From: a virus
Lineage: Duplodnaviria > Caudoviricetes
Direction: 5' to 3' (one strand)
Virus record (IMG/VR): IMGVR_UViG_3300042507_002438
Location: 1-63,187 of that record
Length of the DNA stretch: 63,187 nt
The notes beneath the pieces were generated by a model. It did not search any database. It saw only the letters and a list, made by a program, of their open reading frames with translations, and was not told the DNA's origin. Each line of letters starts with the position of its first letter. Position 1 is the stretch's first letter. Positions 9,860 through 20,477 of this stretch are shown piece after piece. Made by a program: the position numbers and the translations under genes.

Positions 9860-11263
9860 ATGGCTGGATCTGTATCCGCGGTGCCTGGGTTTTCATTAAC
9901 CCCCTCCGCATCTAAAACTGCGTTGCCTAGCAACTACATCACTAACTTCGACTTCTTGAATCAGTATCTTCCTGATACTTACGAGAAAGAATTCGAGCGT
10001 TACGGTAATCGTTCTATCGCTTCTTTCTTGAGAGCGGTTGGAGCTGAATTGCCTTCTAACTCTGACTTGATCAAGTGGAACGAGCATGGTCGTTTACACA
10101 CACAGTACACTGGCGTAGCTACTACTGGTGCTGTATCAAGCGGTACTCAAACTTTTGACATTGGAACTGGAACTTGCGTGTTCCGTGTAGGTCAAACTGT
10201 AATCTTGTCTTCTGCTACTGCTGCTAAGACTGTAAAGGGTATTGTTGTTGCATTGCCAGCAGCTGACACATTCACAGTTGCTTACTACAGTGCAACTTCT
10301 CCTGGTTTCACTCACACAACTTCTGACGTCGTAGCATTCGTTTACGGTTCTGAGTTCAAGAAGGGTGCAAACGGTATGGACGGTTCTTTGGAATCTCAAC
10401 CAAACATCTTCAGCAACAAGCCAATCATCATCAAGGACAAGTACACTGTATCTGGTTCTGACATGGCTCAAATCGGATGGGTAGAAGTTTCTACTGAAAA
10501 TGGTGCTACCGGTTACTTGTGGTACATCAAGTCTGAGCATGAGACTCGTTTGCGTTTTGAAGACTACATGGAAATGTCTATGGTAGAAGCTGAGCCAGCT
10601 GCAAGCGGTTCTGGTGCTGCTACACAAACTACTGCTACTCAGGTTGGTACTGAAGGATCTGAAGGTCTTTTCTACGTTATCGAGAACCGTGGTAACTTGT
10701 GGTCTGGTGGAAACCCATCTACTTTGGCTGACTTCGACGCTGTAATCGAGCGTTTGGACAAGCAAGGCGCTATCCAAGAGAATGCATTGTTCATCAACCG
10801 TCAATTCGGATTCGACATCGACGACATGTTGGCTACCCAAAACAGTACTGGTACTGGTGGAACTAGCTACGGTTTGTTCGATAACGACGAGAAGATGGCT
10901 TTGAACTTAGGTTTCTCTGGCTTCAAGCGTGGATACGAGTTCTACAAGACTGACTGGAAATACTTGAACGATCCTACACTTCGTGGTGGATTATCTACTG
11001 CTGCTGGTCGCGTTAACGGTGTATTGGTTCCTGCTGGTTCTATGAACGTTTACGATCAAGTAATGGGTAAAAACGCTCGTCGTCCATTCTTGCACGTTCG
11101 TTACAGAGCTTCTGAGAATGAGGACCGTCGCTACAAGACTTGGATCGTAGGATCTGCTGGTGGTGCTTCTAACACTGACTTCGACGGAATGAATGTTCAC
11201 TTCTTGTCTGAGCGTGCATTGTGCACCATGGGAGCTAACAACTTCTTCTTATTTGAAAACTAA
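9860..11263 (+). CDS. Major capsid protein
   Basis: 467 aa after the scaffold, strongly biased high-expression codon usage, followed by a terminator. Confidence 0.88.
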   Translation: MAGSVSAVPGFSLTPSASKTALPSNYITNFDFLNQYLPDTYEKEFERYGNRSIASFLRAVGAELPSNSDLIKWNEHGRLHTQYTGVATTGAVSSGTQTFDIGTGTCVFRVGQTVILSSATAAKTVKGIVVALPAADTFTVAYYSATSPGFTHTTSDVVAFVYGSEFKKGANGMDGSLESQPNIFSNKPIIIKDKYTVSGSDMAQIGWVEVSTENGATGYLWYIKSEHETRLRFEDYMEMSMVEAEPAASGSGAATQTTATQVGTEGSEGLFYVIENRGNLWSGGNPSTLADFDAVIERLDKQGAIQENALFINRQFGFDIDDMLATQNSTGTGGTSYGLFDNDEKMALNLGFSGFKRGYEFYKTDWKYLNDPTLRGGLSTAAGRVNGVLVPAGSMNVYDQVMGKNARRPFLHVRYRASENEDRRYKTWIVGSAGGASNTDFDGMNVHFLSERALCTMGANNFFLFEN

Positions 11264-11284
11264 GAGATAGTTATACCTTAAAAT

Positions 11285-11314
11285 AAACGGGGGTCAATGG
11301 CCTCCGTTTTTTTT
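11285..11314 (+). terminator. Rho-independent terminator after MCP
   Basis: AAACGGGGGTC-AAT-GGCCTCCGTTT hairpin followed by a T tract. Confidence 0.85.
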
Positions 11315-11347
11315 GTTATATTTGCAACGTTAAATAATTACAATAAA

Positions 11348-12085
11348 ATGAAACATAACTTAAAGGACAAGATCTACTATCTGAAGGATGGTAGTGAGCC
11401 AATCTCATTCGTGCTTCAGTCTAGAAGCGGTCGTAGAACACCATTACTTTATTTCGACGAGGAATCAGGACGTAACAGAGCGTTGCGTTATGCCAGAAAC
11501 CAAAAGTCTCCGTTTGAGGACGAGCAAGACGAAAATGCTATCGTAGAGCCAATCATCTTCGAGGACGGAACGCTTAAGGTTGATAAGACTAACGTTGTTC
11601 TTCAAAAGTTCTTAGAGTGTCATCCTGGGCACGGAGTAATCTTTGTTGAGTTTGATCCAGACAAGGACGCAGAGCAAGACATCGAGGACTTAAACTACGA
11701 GGTAGACGCATTAATCTCTGCCAGAGAGATGGGCATCGAGAAGTGTGAGGAGATCTTGAGAGATATTATTGGCAACAGAGTGGACACGATGACGTCTAAA
11801 GAGGTTCGTAGAGACATTTTGGTATATGCCAGAACAAACCCATACGACTTCTTGACTCTAGCTGGAGACCCAAGCGTTAGAATGAAGAACAATATCACTA
11901 AGTTCTTTGAGATGAAAATGATCCAAATGAGAAATCAGGACAGAGACGTCTACTTTAACATGCCAAATAATAAGAAGAAGATGACAAGTATTCCAGAGGG
12001 AGAAGACAAGAGTACGTTCTTGTTTAACTACTTCTCTTCTGAAATGGGAGAACCTGTTTATAACAGAATGTTAAGAGAATTATAA
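11348..12085 (+). CDS. Conserved-looking phage protein downstream of MCP
   Basis: ATG 11348 lies downstream of the terminator and TATATTTG (11317); the 11297 start would fall inside the terminator. Confidence 0.8.
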   Translation: MKHNLKDKIYYLKDGSEPISFVLQSRSGRRTPLLYFDEESGRNRALRYARNQKSPFEDEQDENAIVEPIIFEDGTLKVDKTNVVLQKFLECHPGHGVIFVEFDPDKDAEQDIEDLNYEVDALISAREMGIEKCEEILRDIIGNRVDTMTSKEVRRDILVYARTNPYDFLTLAGDPSVRMKNNITKFFEMKMIQMRNQDRDVYFNMPNNKKKMTSIPEGEDKSTFLFNYFSSEMGEPVYNRMLREL

Positions 12086-12106
12086 AATCACTATCTTTGC
12101 TGAATC

Positions 12107-12388
12107 ATGGAAAAATTTTTAAGCATCCCCGTTACTAATGAGCAAAACCAGTTGGTTTCTGCTAACAACGTTATTTTGGTAGAGCAAGCGTCTACTACTA
12201 CTGTTACTATTGCTTACGCTGGTGGAAAAGTAGTTACATTAACTCACGCAACTGCTGGTGCAGGCGTTGAAACTGAGCGTGACGCAATTCAAGCTGCTAT
12301 CGTAGCTGCATTGCAGAGCCCTTGGTACAGCGTTTCTTACCAGGTAGATAACTTGCCTTTCGCTGTTAGCGGAATCGCTGTAGCGTAA
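12107..12388 (+). CDS. Small virion or decoration protein
   Basis: A/V/T-rich, high-expression codons, own -7 box (12092) and terminator. Confidence 0.65.
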   Translation: MEKFLSIPVTNEQNQLVSANNVILVEQASTTTVTIAYAGGKVVTLTHATAGAGVETERDAIQAAIVAALQSPWYSVSYQVDNLPFAVSGIAVA

Positions 12389-12406
12389 TCTAGTTGTTGA
12401 TTTATG

Positions 12407-12438
12407 AAAGAGCCACCTCTTATCGGGGTGGCTTTTTT
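12407..12438 (+). terminator. Rho-independent terminator
   Basis: AAAGAGCCACCTC-TTATC-GGGGTGGCTTTTTT. Confidence 0.85.
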
Positions 12439-12455
12439 GTTGTATATTTGCGATT

Positions 12456-13151
12456 ATGATCAACGAAGTAAGAAATGCCGTTATGTTTATCCTGAACAAG
12501 GATAATAATGGATATCTTACTCCATCCGAGTTTAACGCATTTGCGCGACTTGCTCAATTGGAGGTATTTGAGGAGTTATTCCAGAAGGTTAACAATTCAT
12601 ACATAAGAAGAAATAACAGAACAGCAAACAGTGGGGTCGCTGACCTTGGAAAGAAATACTCTCAGGAGCTAGACAGGTTTGTTAGTAATGTCGCATTGTC
12701 TCTGGACTCTGGCAGTACTTTTAATATGCCTGCTGACACGTACAGCCTAGTGGACGTAGTATACAATAATAAGTCAGTGGAGAGAGTTTCTCAGCACAAG
12801 ATTACAATGCTGAACGCCTCAAACATGACAGCTCCAAGTCTATATTATCCAGCATATATTGATACGGAGACCAAGATAACTTTGTATCCTACCACTATTA
12901 ACACTGGGGTTAATGCTATATACTTGAGGCTTCCGGCTGATCCAAAGTGGACGTATTTTACAGACCCAACTACCAACTCTCCTATATTTGATTCTAGTGC
13001 CAACGACTACCAAGACTTCGAGCTGGGTAAGGAGGACGAGGTTGATTTAGTGTTAAGGATTCTGGCAAAGGCTGGAGTAACTCTTAGAGAGAGTTCAATT
13101 ATCGATGTAGTTAACATGGAAGAGGCTAAAAAAGACCAGGGAGATAAATAA
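12456..13151 (+). CDS. Head-tail adaptor / tail ring protein
   Basis: LNK.NNGY.TP.EFN.FA..AQ start and YLR.P.DP.W motif; position in the structural module. Confidence 0.65.
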   Translation: MINEVRNAVMFILNKDNNGYLTPSEFNAFARLAQLEVFEELFQKVNNSYIRRNNRTANSGVADLGKKYSQELDRFVSNVALSLDSGSTFNMPADTYSLVDVVYNNKSVERVSQHKITMLNASNMTAPSLYYPAYIDTETKITLYPTTINTGVNAIYLRLPADPKWTYFTDPTTNSPIFDSSANDYQDFELGKEDEVDLVLRILAKAGVTLRESSIIDVVNMEEAKKDQGDK

Positions 13152-14044
13152 TGGCACAGACACCACAACAATACTATGGCTCACCTTCTAGCTGGGGTAG
13201 CGGACAGTACGTCACTCTACAGGACGTGGTCAATAACTTTATGCTCATGTACGTGGGCTACGACAAGCTCATAGACAATGCAGACAGGTACAACGTATTG
13301 TTCCACGCGAAACGTGCGGTACAGGAGTTGAACTATGACGCATTTAAGGAGCTAAAGGTATTGGAGACGATTGTCAATGATAACCTAAAGGTGATACTTC
13401 CTCAAGACTACGTAAACTACGTTAGAATTTCTTATGAGATCGACGGCGTTTTGTTTAAGTTGACAGAAAACCAGACCGTTAACTGGGCCACAAGATACGA
13501 CCAGAACTCTAGCTATAGTTATGTGTTTGACGTAAATGGAAACTTGATTACTGAACAGTCTGAGTTAGACAAGATAAGAATTGACGGAACCTTTGCACAG
13601 TATCCATTCCCCGGAATATGGTACGGAAGAGACGCGTACATGCTAGACGGTGACTGGTACTTCTTGTCAAGCTTTGGTGGACTTTACGGAGCTGACGCTT
13701 CTAAGTTGAACGGAAACCCAACATACGTAATTAATAAGGCAGAGGGCGTGATTAACTTCTCGTCTGGACTACAGGGTAAGTTAATAGTATTGGAGTACAT
13801 ATCTGACGGTCTAGAAAGTGGAGACCCGTCTCTAATTACCGTGCACAAGTTTGCTGAAGAGTTTATCTATTCGTACATAAAGTGGTGCATGCTGAATAAT
13901 AGAGTGAACGTGCAGGAATATATAGTAAGACGCGCAAGGGATGAGAAGTCTGCGCTATTAAGAAATGCAAAGATTAGACTCAGCAATATCAACCCTAGAA
14001 GACTATTGATGGCCCTTAGAGGAAAAGATAACTGGATTAAGTAA
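13151..14044 (+). CDS. Tail ring / structural protein
   Basis: LP.DYVNYVRIS...LEY.SDG pattern; TAATG coupling. Confidence 0.65.
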   Translation: MAQTPQQYYGSPSSWGSGQYVTLQDVVNNFMLMYVGYDKLIDNADRYNVLFHAKRAVQELNYDAFKELKVLETIVNDNLKVILPQDYVNYVRISYEIDGVLFKLTENQTVNWATRYDQNSSYSYVFDVNGNLITEQSELDKIRIDGTFAQYPFPGIWYGRDAYMLDGDWYFLSSFGGLYGADASKLNGNPTYVINKAEGVINFSSGLQGKLIVLEYISDGLESGDPSLITVHKFAEEFIYSYIKWCMLNNRVNVQEYIVRRARDEKSALLRNAKIRLSNINPRRLLMALRGKDNWIK

Positions 14045-17000
14045 TGAATAGTAGCAAAAATTTTATTAGGGGCATAATGAACAAAGACCTGGACGACAGG
14101 TTACTGCCCGACGGAATATACAGAAATGCAATAAACATAAACGTATCGTCTTCTGACGACAAAAATGCTGGTACTGTACAGAATCATCTTGGTAACACAG
14201 AGAAGATGAGTATAGACGGACTTTTGAATGCAGAAGGCTTTACGTTACAGGGGGTGAATGTATTTCCTATAGGATCTTTTACTGACACAAAGAACAACGC
14301 CATATACTGGTTTTTGACGTCTACAAACTATGACATGATTGTTAGGTATCACGAGAGTGACACCGGAACAGTCACCGGAAAGTTAGTGCTAGTAGAGACA
14401 ATATCTACAGGTATTATGAACTTTGATCGCCAATATCTTATCACCGGAGTAAACTTGGTAGAGAATCTATTGTTCTTTACTGATGGCCTGAACCCACCAA
14501 GAAGAATAGACGTAACAAGAGTATATAGAGACGCAAGCATATCAGAGGACACGGTAAACGTAATTGTTAAGCCGCCATTGAACTCTCCCGTCATAGAGTT
14601 GATAGACGACACGACGGACGAGGCTAATAATCTAGAGGACAAGTTCATCAGATTTGCTTACAGATACAGATACGTAAATAATGAGGTGAGCGCATTGTCT
14701 CCATTCTCTGAGACCGCATTTGAGGCTAAGGAGTTTTCTTTTGACTACGCAACCGGTAGAAATATTTCCATGCAGAACAAGGCCAACTCTGTAAATATTA
14801 CGGTAGAGTTGGGGTCTAAGGAGGTAGAGTTTGTTGACATCGTGATGAAGGACACCAGAAACTTAAACGCCATGGTTGTTACTTCTATTGACAAAAGAAA
14901 CATCGACCCGGCTGCTACAACGTATCAGTACAAGTTTAAGAACAACAAGATATACACCGTGTTGCCAGATAGTCAAGTTAATAGACTGTTTGACAACGTA
15001 CCATTAAAGGCAAAGGCACAAGACCTTATAGGTAGTAGGATTATATACGGAAACTATAAGCAGTTCTACGACATAAAGAAGGCTAGCGGAGAGGACATCA
15101 TAATGGACTTTGAGTTGAATACTACAGAGAACTCAATAGTTCCAGGAACTCCAACGCCTACGTTTAAGTCTGGTAGAGACTACGAGGCTGGTATTGCTTA
15201 CTTGGATGACTTTGGAAGAATGACGACTGTGCTAGAATCAAAGGTGCACGTCGACAATATCAACATTCCAATTACAAATGCATCAAAGAAAAACGACCTA
15301 AAATTAAAGATTTACAATAACGCTCCTGAGTTTGCTAGCAAGTACAGAGTGTTCTTAAAGCAGAACCGTGGACGCTACTACAACATAATACCTATTTCTG
15401 TGGTAAATGATGGCCTGTTTGTTTACTTGCAGATTGCCAGATACGATATAGACAAGGTAAAAGAGGGTGACTACATTTATATTAAGTCAACCCCGTCTGG
15501 AGTTAAAGAGGACTCAGACAAGTACAAGGTAATAGAGGCTGTAGTTAAGCCAAAAGACTTCTTGGGAGACAAAGTTGGCCAGATACAGGACGAGGGATTT
15601 TATATTAAGATCAAGGTTCCAAATTCCAATTATTTTTCAGAGGAATCAATCTATACTCTCAAGCAGACAAACAACGGAAGAAACACAAAGAATTCAATAA
15701 AAAATGGGTCTGATACCGCATTCTTGACTTCGTTTGGAGCTGGAGCCGTAGACACGCCTATTTATTATGGAGATGGAGAAAACAAGTCTCTTTCTATTAT
15801 AAGGTCTTCTTCTGCATATACATTTGATACTGATAGAAGATTTGTAATAGAGATCACTGGCGCAAATACATTTTCATGGAGAGACTACAACGCTCAGTGG
15901 TATTACGGAGAGAACGTTACAATGAACTCTGATTCACTTCCTCCAATATATTTTTCAGGGTCAAGTGGAAACTATCTAATAGCAAACATAGGAGGAAATA
16001 ACATAACATTTGGTATTATATCTTGGGATACTTCACAAGCATATACCATTGGTGATTCGTTTAGACTAAACTACAGGGGAGGAAAGTATGGAATATTTGG
16101 AACTCCAATAGATTTTAGGTACGACATTAACTTGTTCTGGAGTGGTCCATATACCGCACTTCCTAACCTAGCGGGGACTATAAATGACAACCCTGGAGAC
16201 TTAGCAATAACACCAGGAACTGTAATAGAAATACAGGTTACTGATACATTTGAGCAAGAAAAACAAAGATTTATTTCTTCCAGCTCATATACCAACATAG
16301 AGGAGTGGTTCTTTGAAGAAAGAATATACAACAAATACAAGCAGTTTTTGCCAGACGGAAAACCAGACGGCGCAAAGGCTGTATTCTTCAGAAGGGGTAT
16401 ATACAAGCAATGGAATCCCCCCGGAGGAGGTGGTGGTACACAAGCTAGGATTGAGGAAGTAAACGACCCAAGAGGATACATAATGATGTGTATAAAGGGG
16501 TATGCAACAAGCACAAAGCAGAACGATCAAAAAGAGATAAAGGTAGACTTTTCTATACGCGTGCCTGATAACTACACTATACTTGAGACGGAGGGAGACC
16601 CTATCGCTGACAACGTATACTACGAGTTGCCTGGAACATATCCAATTATAGCAAATAGAAGACACGGGAAGTTGTTAGCGTCAGACCAAGACCAGGGAAC
16701 ATTCACGCCTGCTGTTATTACTATTGAAGACTTTAACGCTGTATCATTTGGCAATGGAATGGAGTCTTCTATTATAGAGGATGACTGGAATGGCCCAATG
16801 TTACTATCGTCTCCTAGAGCGAGTGCATCAATCGAAGAGTATAAACAGGTAGACGCAAATAACTTCTTGACATACAGCGGAGTGTTTGATATTACTTCAG
16901 GCGTGAATTCATTAAACGAGTTTAACCTGTCTCTTGCAAACTTCAGGCAGCTACACAAGGAGTTCGGGTCCATACAAAAATTGTATGCCAGAAATGCTGA

Positions 17001-19638
17001 CCTAGTTGTCTTCCAAGAGGATAAGGTGTCTAGAGTATTATACAGCAAGAACCTAATATCAGACTCTTCTGGTGGTGGCGTTATTACCACAAACACAGAC
17101 GTGCTTGGAACGCAGCTTCCATACGACGCTGAGTACGGTATATCAAACAACCCAGAAAGCTTTGCAAAGTGGGGTACCGACGTGTACTTTACAGACCAAA
17201 AGCGTGGATCGGTTCTAAAGCTGACTGACGGTGTTGGGATAGAAGAGATTTCTAGCCTGGGCATGAAGGCCTGGTTTAGAGACCTATTTGATGACTATCC
17301 AGACACTCAGAAGATTGGTGCATTCGATCCAAATGAGTTTGTGTACGTATTATCAAACAACGAGACTGAGGTTGTAAAGTGTATGGCTTCAGTTAGCCTA
17401 AACGATATAGACCTTAGTGGTGACGCATTGACTAATGTGTTCTTGTTTAAGTTGTTTGCAAACAGAAGCTGGACAATATCTAAAATAAATACTGGATCTG
17501 GAACCGGTTGGTTGACATTAAATCAGACGTCTGGAAATGGAGACGCAGCAGTGGGTGGAACCCTTACTTCTAATATTGGAGGCGCAACAGAGAGAACGAT
17601 GACACTCAGAGTAAATGCGTGCGGATCTAATATCGACATAATACTAAGACAGTCTAATAGGGCCAGAAAAGACGTAGTCGTTGTTACTTACGGTGACAAG
17701 CAAAATGACGGAGCTAAGCTAATTGCACCTAAGTACAACTACGGTTCTGGTGACGTTGGATTTGGCCAGATACCTCTCTACAATGGCTCTGAGTACATAT
17801 TCAATCCTAAGTCAGGCATAGTTGGGTCCGACGGTATACCTGGAGTTTCTAGCACGGTAAGCATAATTGCGGGAGCTGGATTTGGTACAACAACCGCTCC
17901 ATTAAAAGCGTTTAACCCTAACCTTGGAAACAAGATGTACTACCTAGACACCAACACAGAGTACGACCCAACACAGGGCGCTACGCTGATTGCGGCTGCT
18001 ACACAGGTACCATCTTATTCGTTGGTTAGCGGAGAGTACAAGGGTAACTTTACGTACAGCGCTACAAATAAGTTCTTGTACATGATTACCGACTACACGA
18101 ATGTAATCAACCCAGGAGCTAGCGTGTCTTCTATTCCGGTGCCTACAAACGGGCTTCCAGAATCAATAAACATCAATAACGCCAATGTTCTTGGTAGCTA
18201 TTCCGTGTCTATCACTTCTACGTCTACAAATATTAGAATGACCGTAGAAAACGCAGCCGGAGTAGTAATAGCTGACACTGGATTCTTGAACGCTCCTAGC
18301 GCTGTGTCTTTAAGCATAAAAAAGAGCACAACAGGAAAGCACGTAATCAAGGTGTACAACACTATAACTGCCGGATCTCCAACGTACAACATATCTGTTG
18401 GGGCGATGGGGCTGACATCTGCTAGCATCAGTAGTGCCGGATTTGCAACTTCTGCACTTGCGTGCGCTAGTTCTGGATCAACTCAAACCATTTACCATGA
18501 CGGGGCTGGAGCATCACCTGTACAGGGAGACAACATATACGTGGACGCTCTTGGAGAGGGCATCTTCGTTGGTGGCCTACTGTATTACAAGAGGGGTACA
18601 AATGCCATATCTATTAACGACCAGGGCGTTGTTACTGACCTAGTTTCTTGCGTGTGTGGAGAGTCTAGCGTTCCAGTGGTTAATCAGATAAACGTAAACC
18701 TGGTACAGGGAACAGAGGTTAGCTTCGTTATTAGTGCAACCAACAACCCATTCTCTTATGCTGCCGCTGGAAGCTGTAGAGAGTTTACATTGTATGGTGG
18801 AAGTGGAAGCGCGGTGTTTAGCGGGCAAGACTGTGTTACCGGTGTAACTAAGAGCATATTTGTTTCTGTAAACCAGACAATTACTCAGTGCTTCTGGACA
18901 GACTCTGTTTACGCTCTTATTAGTTCTGATGGATCTTATTTCACAGACAATGGAGGGTGTACAACAACTGCAATACCTCCTGGCCTTGCCTTTGACGCGA
19001 CAAACGGAATTATATCTGGAACACCAACACAGCAGGGCCAGTACACCTTTACGGTTACAGCGACAAACTGCGTTGGAACAAGTTCTCCTGCATCATTTAA
19101 GATGATAGTGGGGCCAGAAACGCCTCCAACAACAGCGTTCAATATTGACGTTACAAATACACAGACCTCCTCTTCATCTGCATGTTCTTTGGTTACTCCT
19201 TCTTACTCTGTATTGTATCATAACGGATTGCTAGCATACCCTGTAATTAGAGACGTAATATTTAGAGACGAGCTAGCTACTATCTTGTTTAACGGTAACG
19301 GACTGTGGTACTCTACGACTCTCGGTATAGCTGTTAAGATTGACGTAGACGGAACGGTTCTAGATACCTTCCAGTGTGGGGTGGGTTCTCTTACTCCAAC
19401 AAATCCAACGTGGATCAGCATGGGAGCATTGTCTAGAAGCAGCGAGTCTGCGCTAGCGGCGTGCGGAGCTGCACCTACTGGAGCGTTCTGGAGGACTGGA
19501 ACATTTGGAGCTAACCCTGGCAAGTTGTCTACAGACTTCCAGGGAACCGTATACGCACCGGCTGGATGGTACAAGAGCGGAACTAACTCTTACTACTGGG
19601 ACGGATCGCAGTGGGGCTCTGTAACACCATGTCCATAA
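14044..19638 (+). CDS. Tail nozzle / DNA stabilisation protein with C-terminal Ig-like extensions
   Basis: N-terminal F..G.MNKDLD.R..P.G.Y..A.N; propeller-like YGIS.NPES, YFTD.KRG; C-terminal Ig-like PPGL.FD..NG.ISGTPT..G.Y.FTVTATN. Confidence 0.75.
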   Translation: MNSSKNFIRGIMNKDLDDRLLPDGIYRNAININVSSSDDKNAGTVQNHLGNTEKMSIDGLLNAEGFTLQGVNVFPIGSFTDTKNNAIYWFLTSTNYDMIVRYHESDTGTVTGKLVLVETISTGIMNFDRQYLITGVNLVENLLFFTDGLNPPRRIDVTRVYRDASISEDTVNVIVKPPLNSPVIELIDDTTDEANNLEDKFIRFAYRYRYVNNEVSALSPFSETAFEAKEFSFDYATGRNISMQNKANSVNITVELGSKEVEFVDIVMKDTRNLNAMVVTSIDKRNIDPAATTYQYKFKNNKIYTVLPDSQVNRLFDNVPLKAKAQDLIGSRIIYGNYKQFYDIKKASGEDIIMDFELNTTENSIVPGTPTPTFKSGRDYEAGIAYLDDFGRMTTVLESKVHVDNINIPITNASKKNDLKLKIYNNAPEFASKYRVFLKQNRGRYYNIIPISVVNDGLFVYLQIARYDIDKVKEGDYIYIKSTPSGVKEDSDKYKVIEAVVKPKDFLGDKVGQIQDEGFYIKIKVPNSNYFSEESIYTLKQTNNGRNTKNSIKNGSDTAFLTSFGAGAVDTPIYYGDGENKSLSIIRSSSAYTFDTDRRFVIEITGANTFSWRDYNAQWYYGENVTMNSDSLPPIYFSGSSGNYLIANIGGNNITFGIISWDTSQAYTIGDSFRLNYRGGKYGIFGTPIDFRYDINLFWSGPYTALPNLAGTINDNPGDLAITPGTVIEIQVTDTFEQEKQRFISSSSYTNIEEWFFEERIYNKYKQFLPDGKPDGAKAVFFRRGIYKQWNPPGGGGGTQARIEEVNDPRGYIMMCIKGYATSTKQNDQKEIKVDFSIRVPDNYTILETEGDPIADNVYYELPGTYPIIANRRHGKLLASDQDQGTFTPAVITIEDFNAVSFGNGMESSIIEDDWNGPMLLSSPRASASIEEYKQVDANNFLTYSGVFDITSGVNSLNEFNLSLANFRQLHKEFGSIQKLYARNADLVVFQEDKVSRVLYSKNLISDSSGGGVITTNTDVLGTQLPYDAEYGISNNPESFAKWGTDVYFTDQKRGSVLKLTDGVGIEEISSLGMKAWFRDLFDDYPDTQKIGAFDPNEFVYVLSNNETEVVKCMASVSLNDIDLSGDALTNVFLFKLFANRSWTISKINTGSGTGWLTLNQTSGNGDAAVGGTLTSNIGGATERTMTLRVNACGSNIDIILRQSNRARKDVVVVTYGDKQNDGAKLIAPKYNYGSGDVGFGQIPLYNGSEYIFNPKSGIVGSDGIPGVSSTVSIIAGAGFGTTTAPLKAFNPNLGNKMYYLDTNTEYDPTQGATLIAAATQVPSYSLVSGEYKGNFTYSATNKFLYMITDYTNVINPGASVSSIPVPTNGLPESININNANVLGSYSVSITSTSTNIRMTVENAAGVVIADTGFLNAPSAVSLSIKKSTTGKHVIKVYNTITAGSPTYNISVGAMGLTSASISSAGFATSALACASSGSTQTIYHDGAGASPVQGDNIYVDALGEGIFVGGLLYYKRGTNAISINDQGVVTDLVSCVCGESSVPVVNQINVNLVQGTEVSFVISATNNPFSYAAAGSCREFTLYGGSGSAVFSGQDCVTGVTKSIFVSVNQTITQCFWTDSVYALISSDGSYFTDNGGCTTTAIPPGLAFDATNGIISGTPTQQGQYTFTVTATNCVGTSSPASFKMIVGPETPPTTAFNIDVTNTQTSSSSACSLVTPSYSVLYHNGLLAYPVIRDVIFRDELATILFNGNGLWYSTTLGIAVKIDVDGTVLDTFQCGVGSLTPTNPTWISMGALSRSSESALAACGAAPTGAFWRTGTFGANPGKLSTDFQGTVYAPAGWYKSGTNSYYWDGSQWGSVTPCP

Positions 19639-19659
19639 TATTAGGTAAATTTGTAAGGA

Positions 19660-20460
19660 ATGCCTAACTACGAAACACTAACATACTCGGACTCATTAAA
19701 GGGGTGGACATCGTTCCACTCCTATGAGCCATACTGGATGACTAGTATGAACAATGACTTCTACACCTTCAAAAACGGAAAGGTGTGGAAGCATCATACA
19801 AATCAGACCAGGAACAACTACTACGGAGTTAACAATAGCTCTGTAATTCAGACGGTTCTAAACGAGGCCCCGTCTCAGCCAAAGGTATTTAAGACAATTA
19901 AGCTAAAGGGAACAAGCGGAGAGGCATGGGCCGCTGTTGTGTCTTCTGACCTTGGGTCTGGCACACTGCCTGCTGACGCGTATCAAAAGAAGGAGGGCAA
20001 CTGGTACTCATACATCAGAAGAAACACTGGAGACATTGATCCTACGTATCTTTCTATTCAGGGTGTCGGTAAGTATTCCAGCTCAATTCTTGGTACCGGA
20101 TTTATTACGTTGGTATTCAATGGAAATCTTCTAAGTTATATCAACCAAAAGGCGACAACTTACAACAACGGAGATCTTTTGTATAAGTACGACGCGTCTA
20201 CCGGAAACAAGGTATTAATCGGACAGGTTGACTTCTTGGTGTACGATAACGTAACAGACCTTACGGTGTTAACATACGTTGCGTCTGGAGCTACTTTATT
20301 ACTACCACTAAATACAGAGTTTATATTCTCTGCCAAAAACTCACAGACAGAATCATACGGACTTCGCGGAGTGTACATGGACGTAACATTGACAAATGAT
20401 GAGACAAGCTACATAGAATTGTTTTCTGTGGAGTCTGAACTGTCTCAGAGTTATCAATAA
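19660..20460 (+). CDS. Tail nozzle C-terminal-like structural protein
   Basis: TL.YS...KGWTSF...RNNYYG...K.FKTI...GLRG.Y; own -7 box at 19646. Confidence 0.65.
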   Translation: MPNYETLTYSDSLKGWTSFHSYEPYWMTSMNNDFYTFKNGKVWKHHTNQTRNNYYGVNNSSVIQTVLNEAPSQPKVFKTIKLKGTSGEAWAAVVSSDLGSGTLPADAYQKKEGNWYSYIRRNTGDIDPTYLSIQGVGKYSSSILGTGFITLVFNGNLLSYINQKATTYNNGDLLYKYDASTGNKVLIGQVDFLVYDNVTDLTVLTYVASGATLLLPLNTEFIFSAKNSQTESYGLRGVYMDVTLTNDETSYIELFSVESELSQSYQ

Positions 20461-20477
20461 TTCGTATATTTGCACTA

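Noticed and set aside
10136-10840. 234-aa antisense ORF in MCP and similar shadow ORFs (25906-26793, 58800-59471, 16620-17264)
   Set aside because: Antisense to well-supported genes and explained by codon bias
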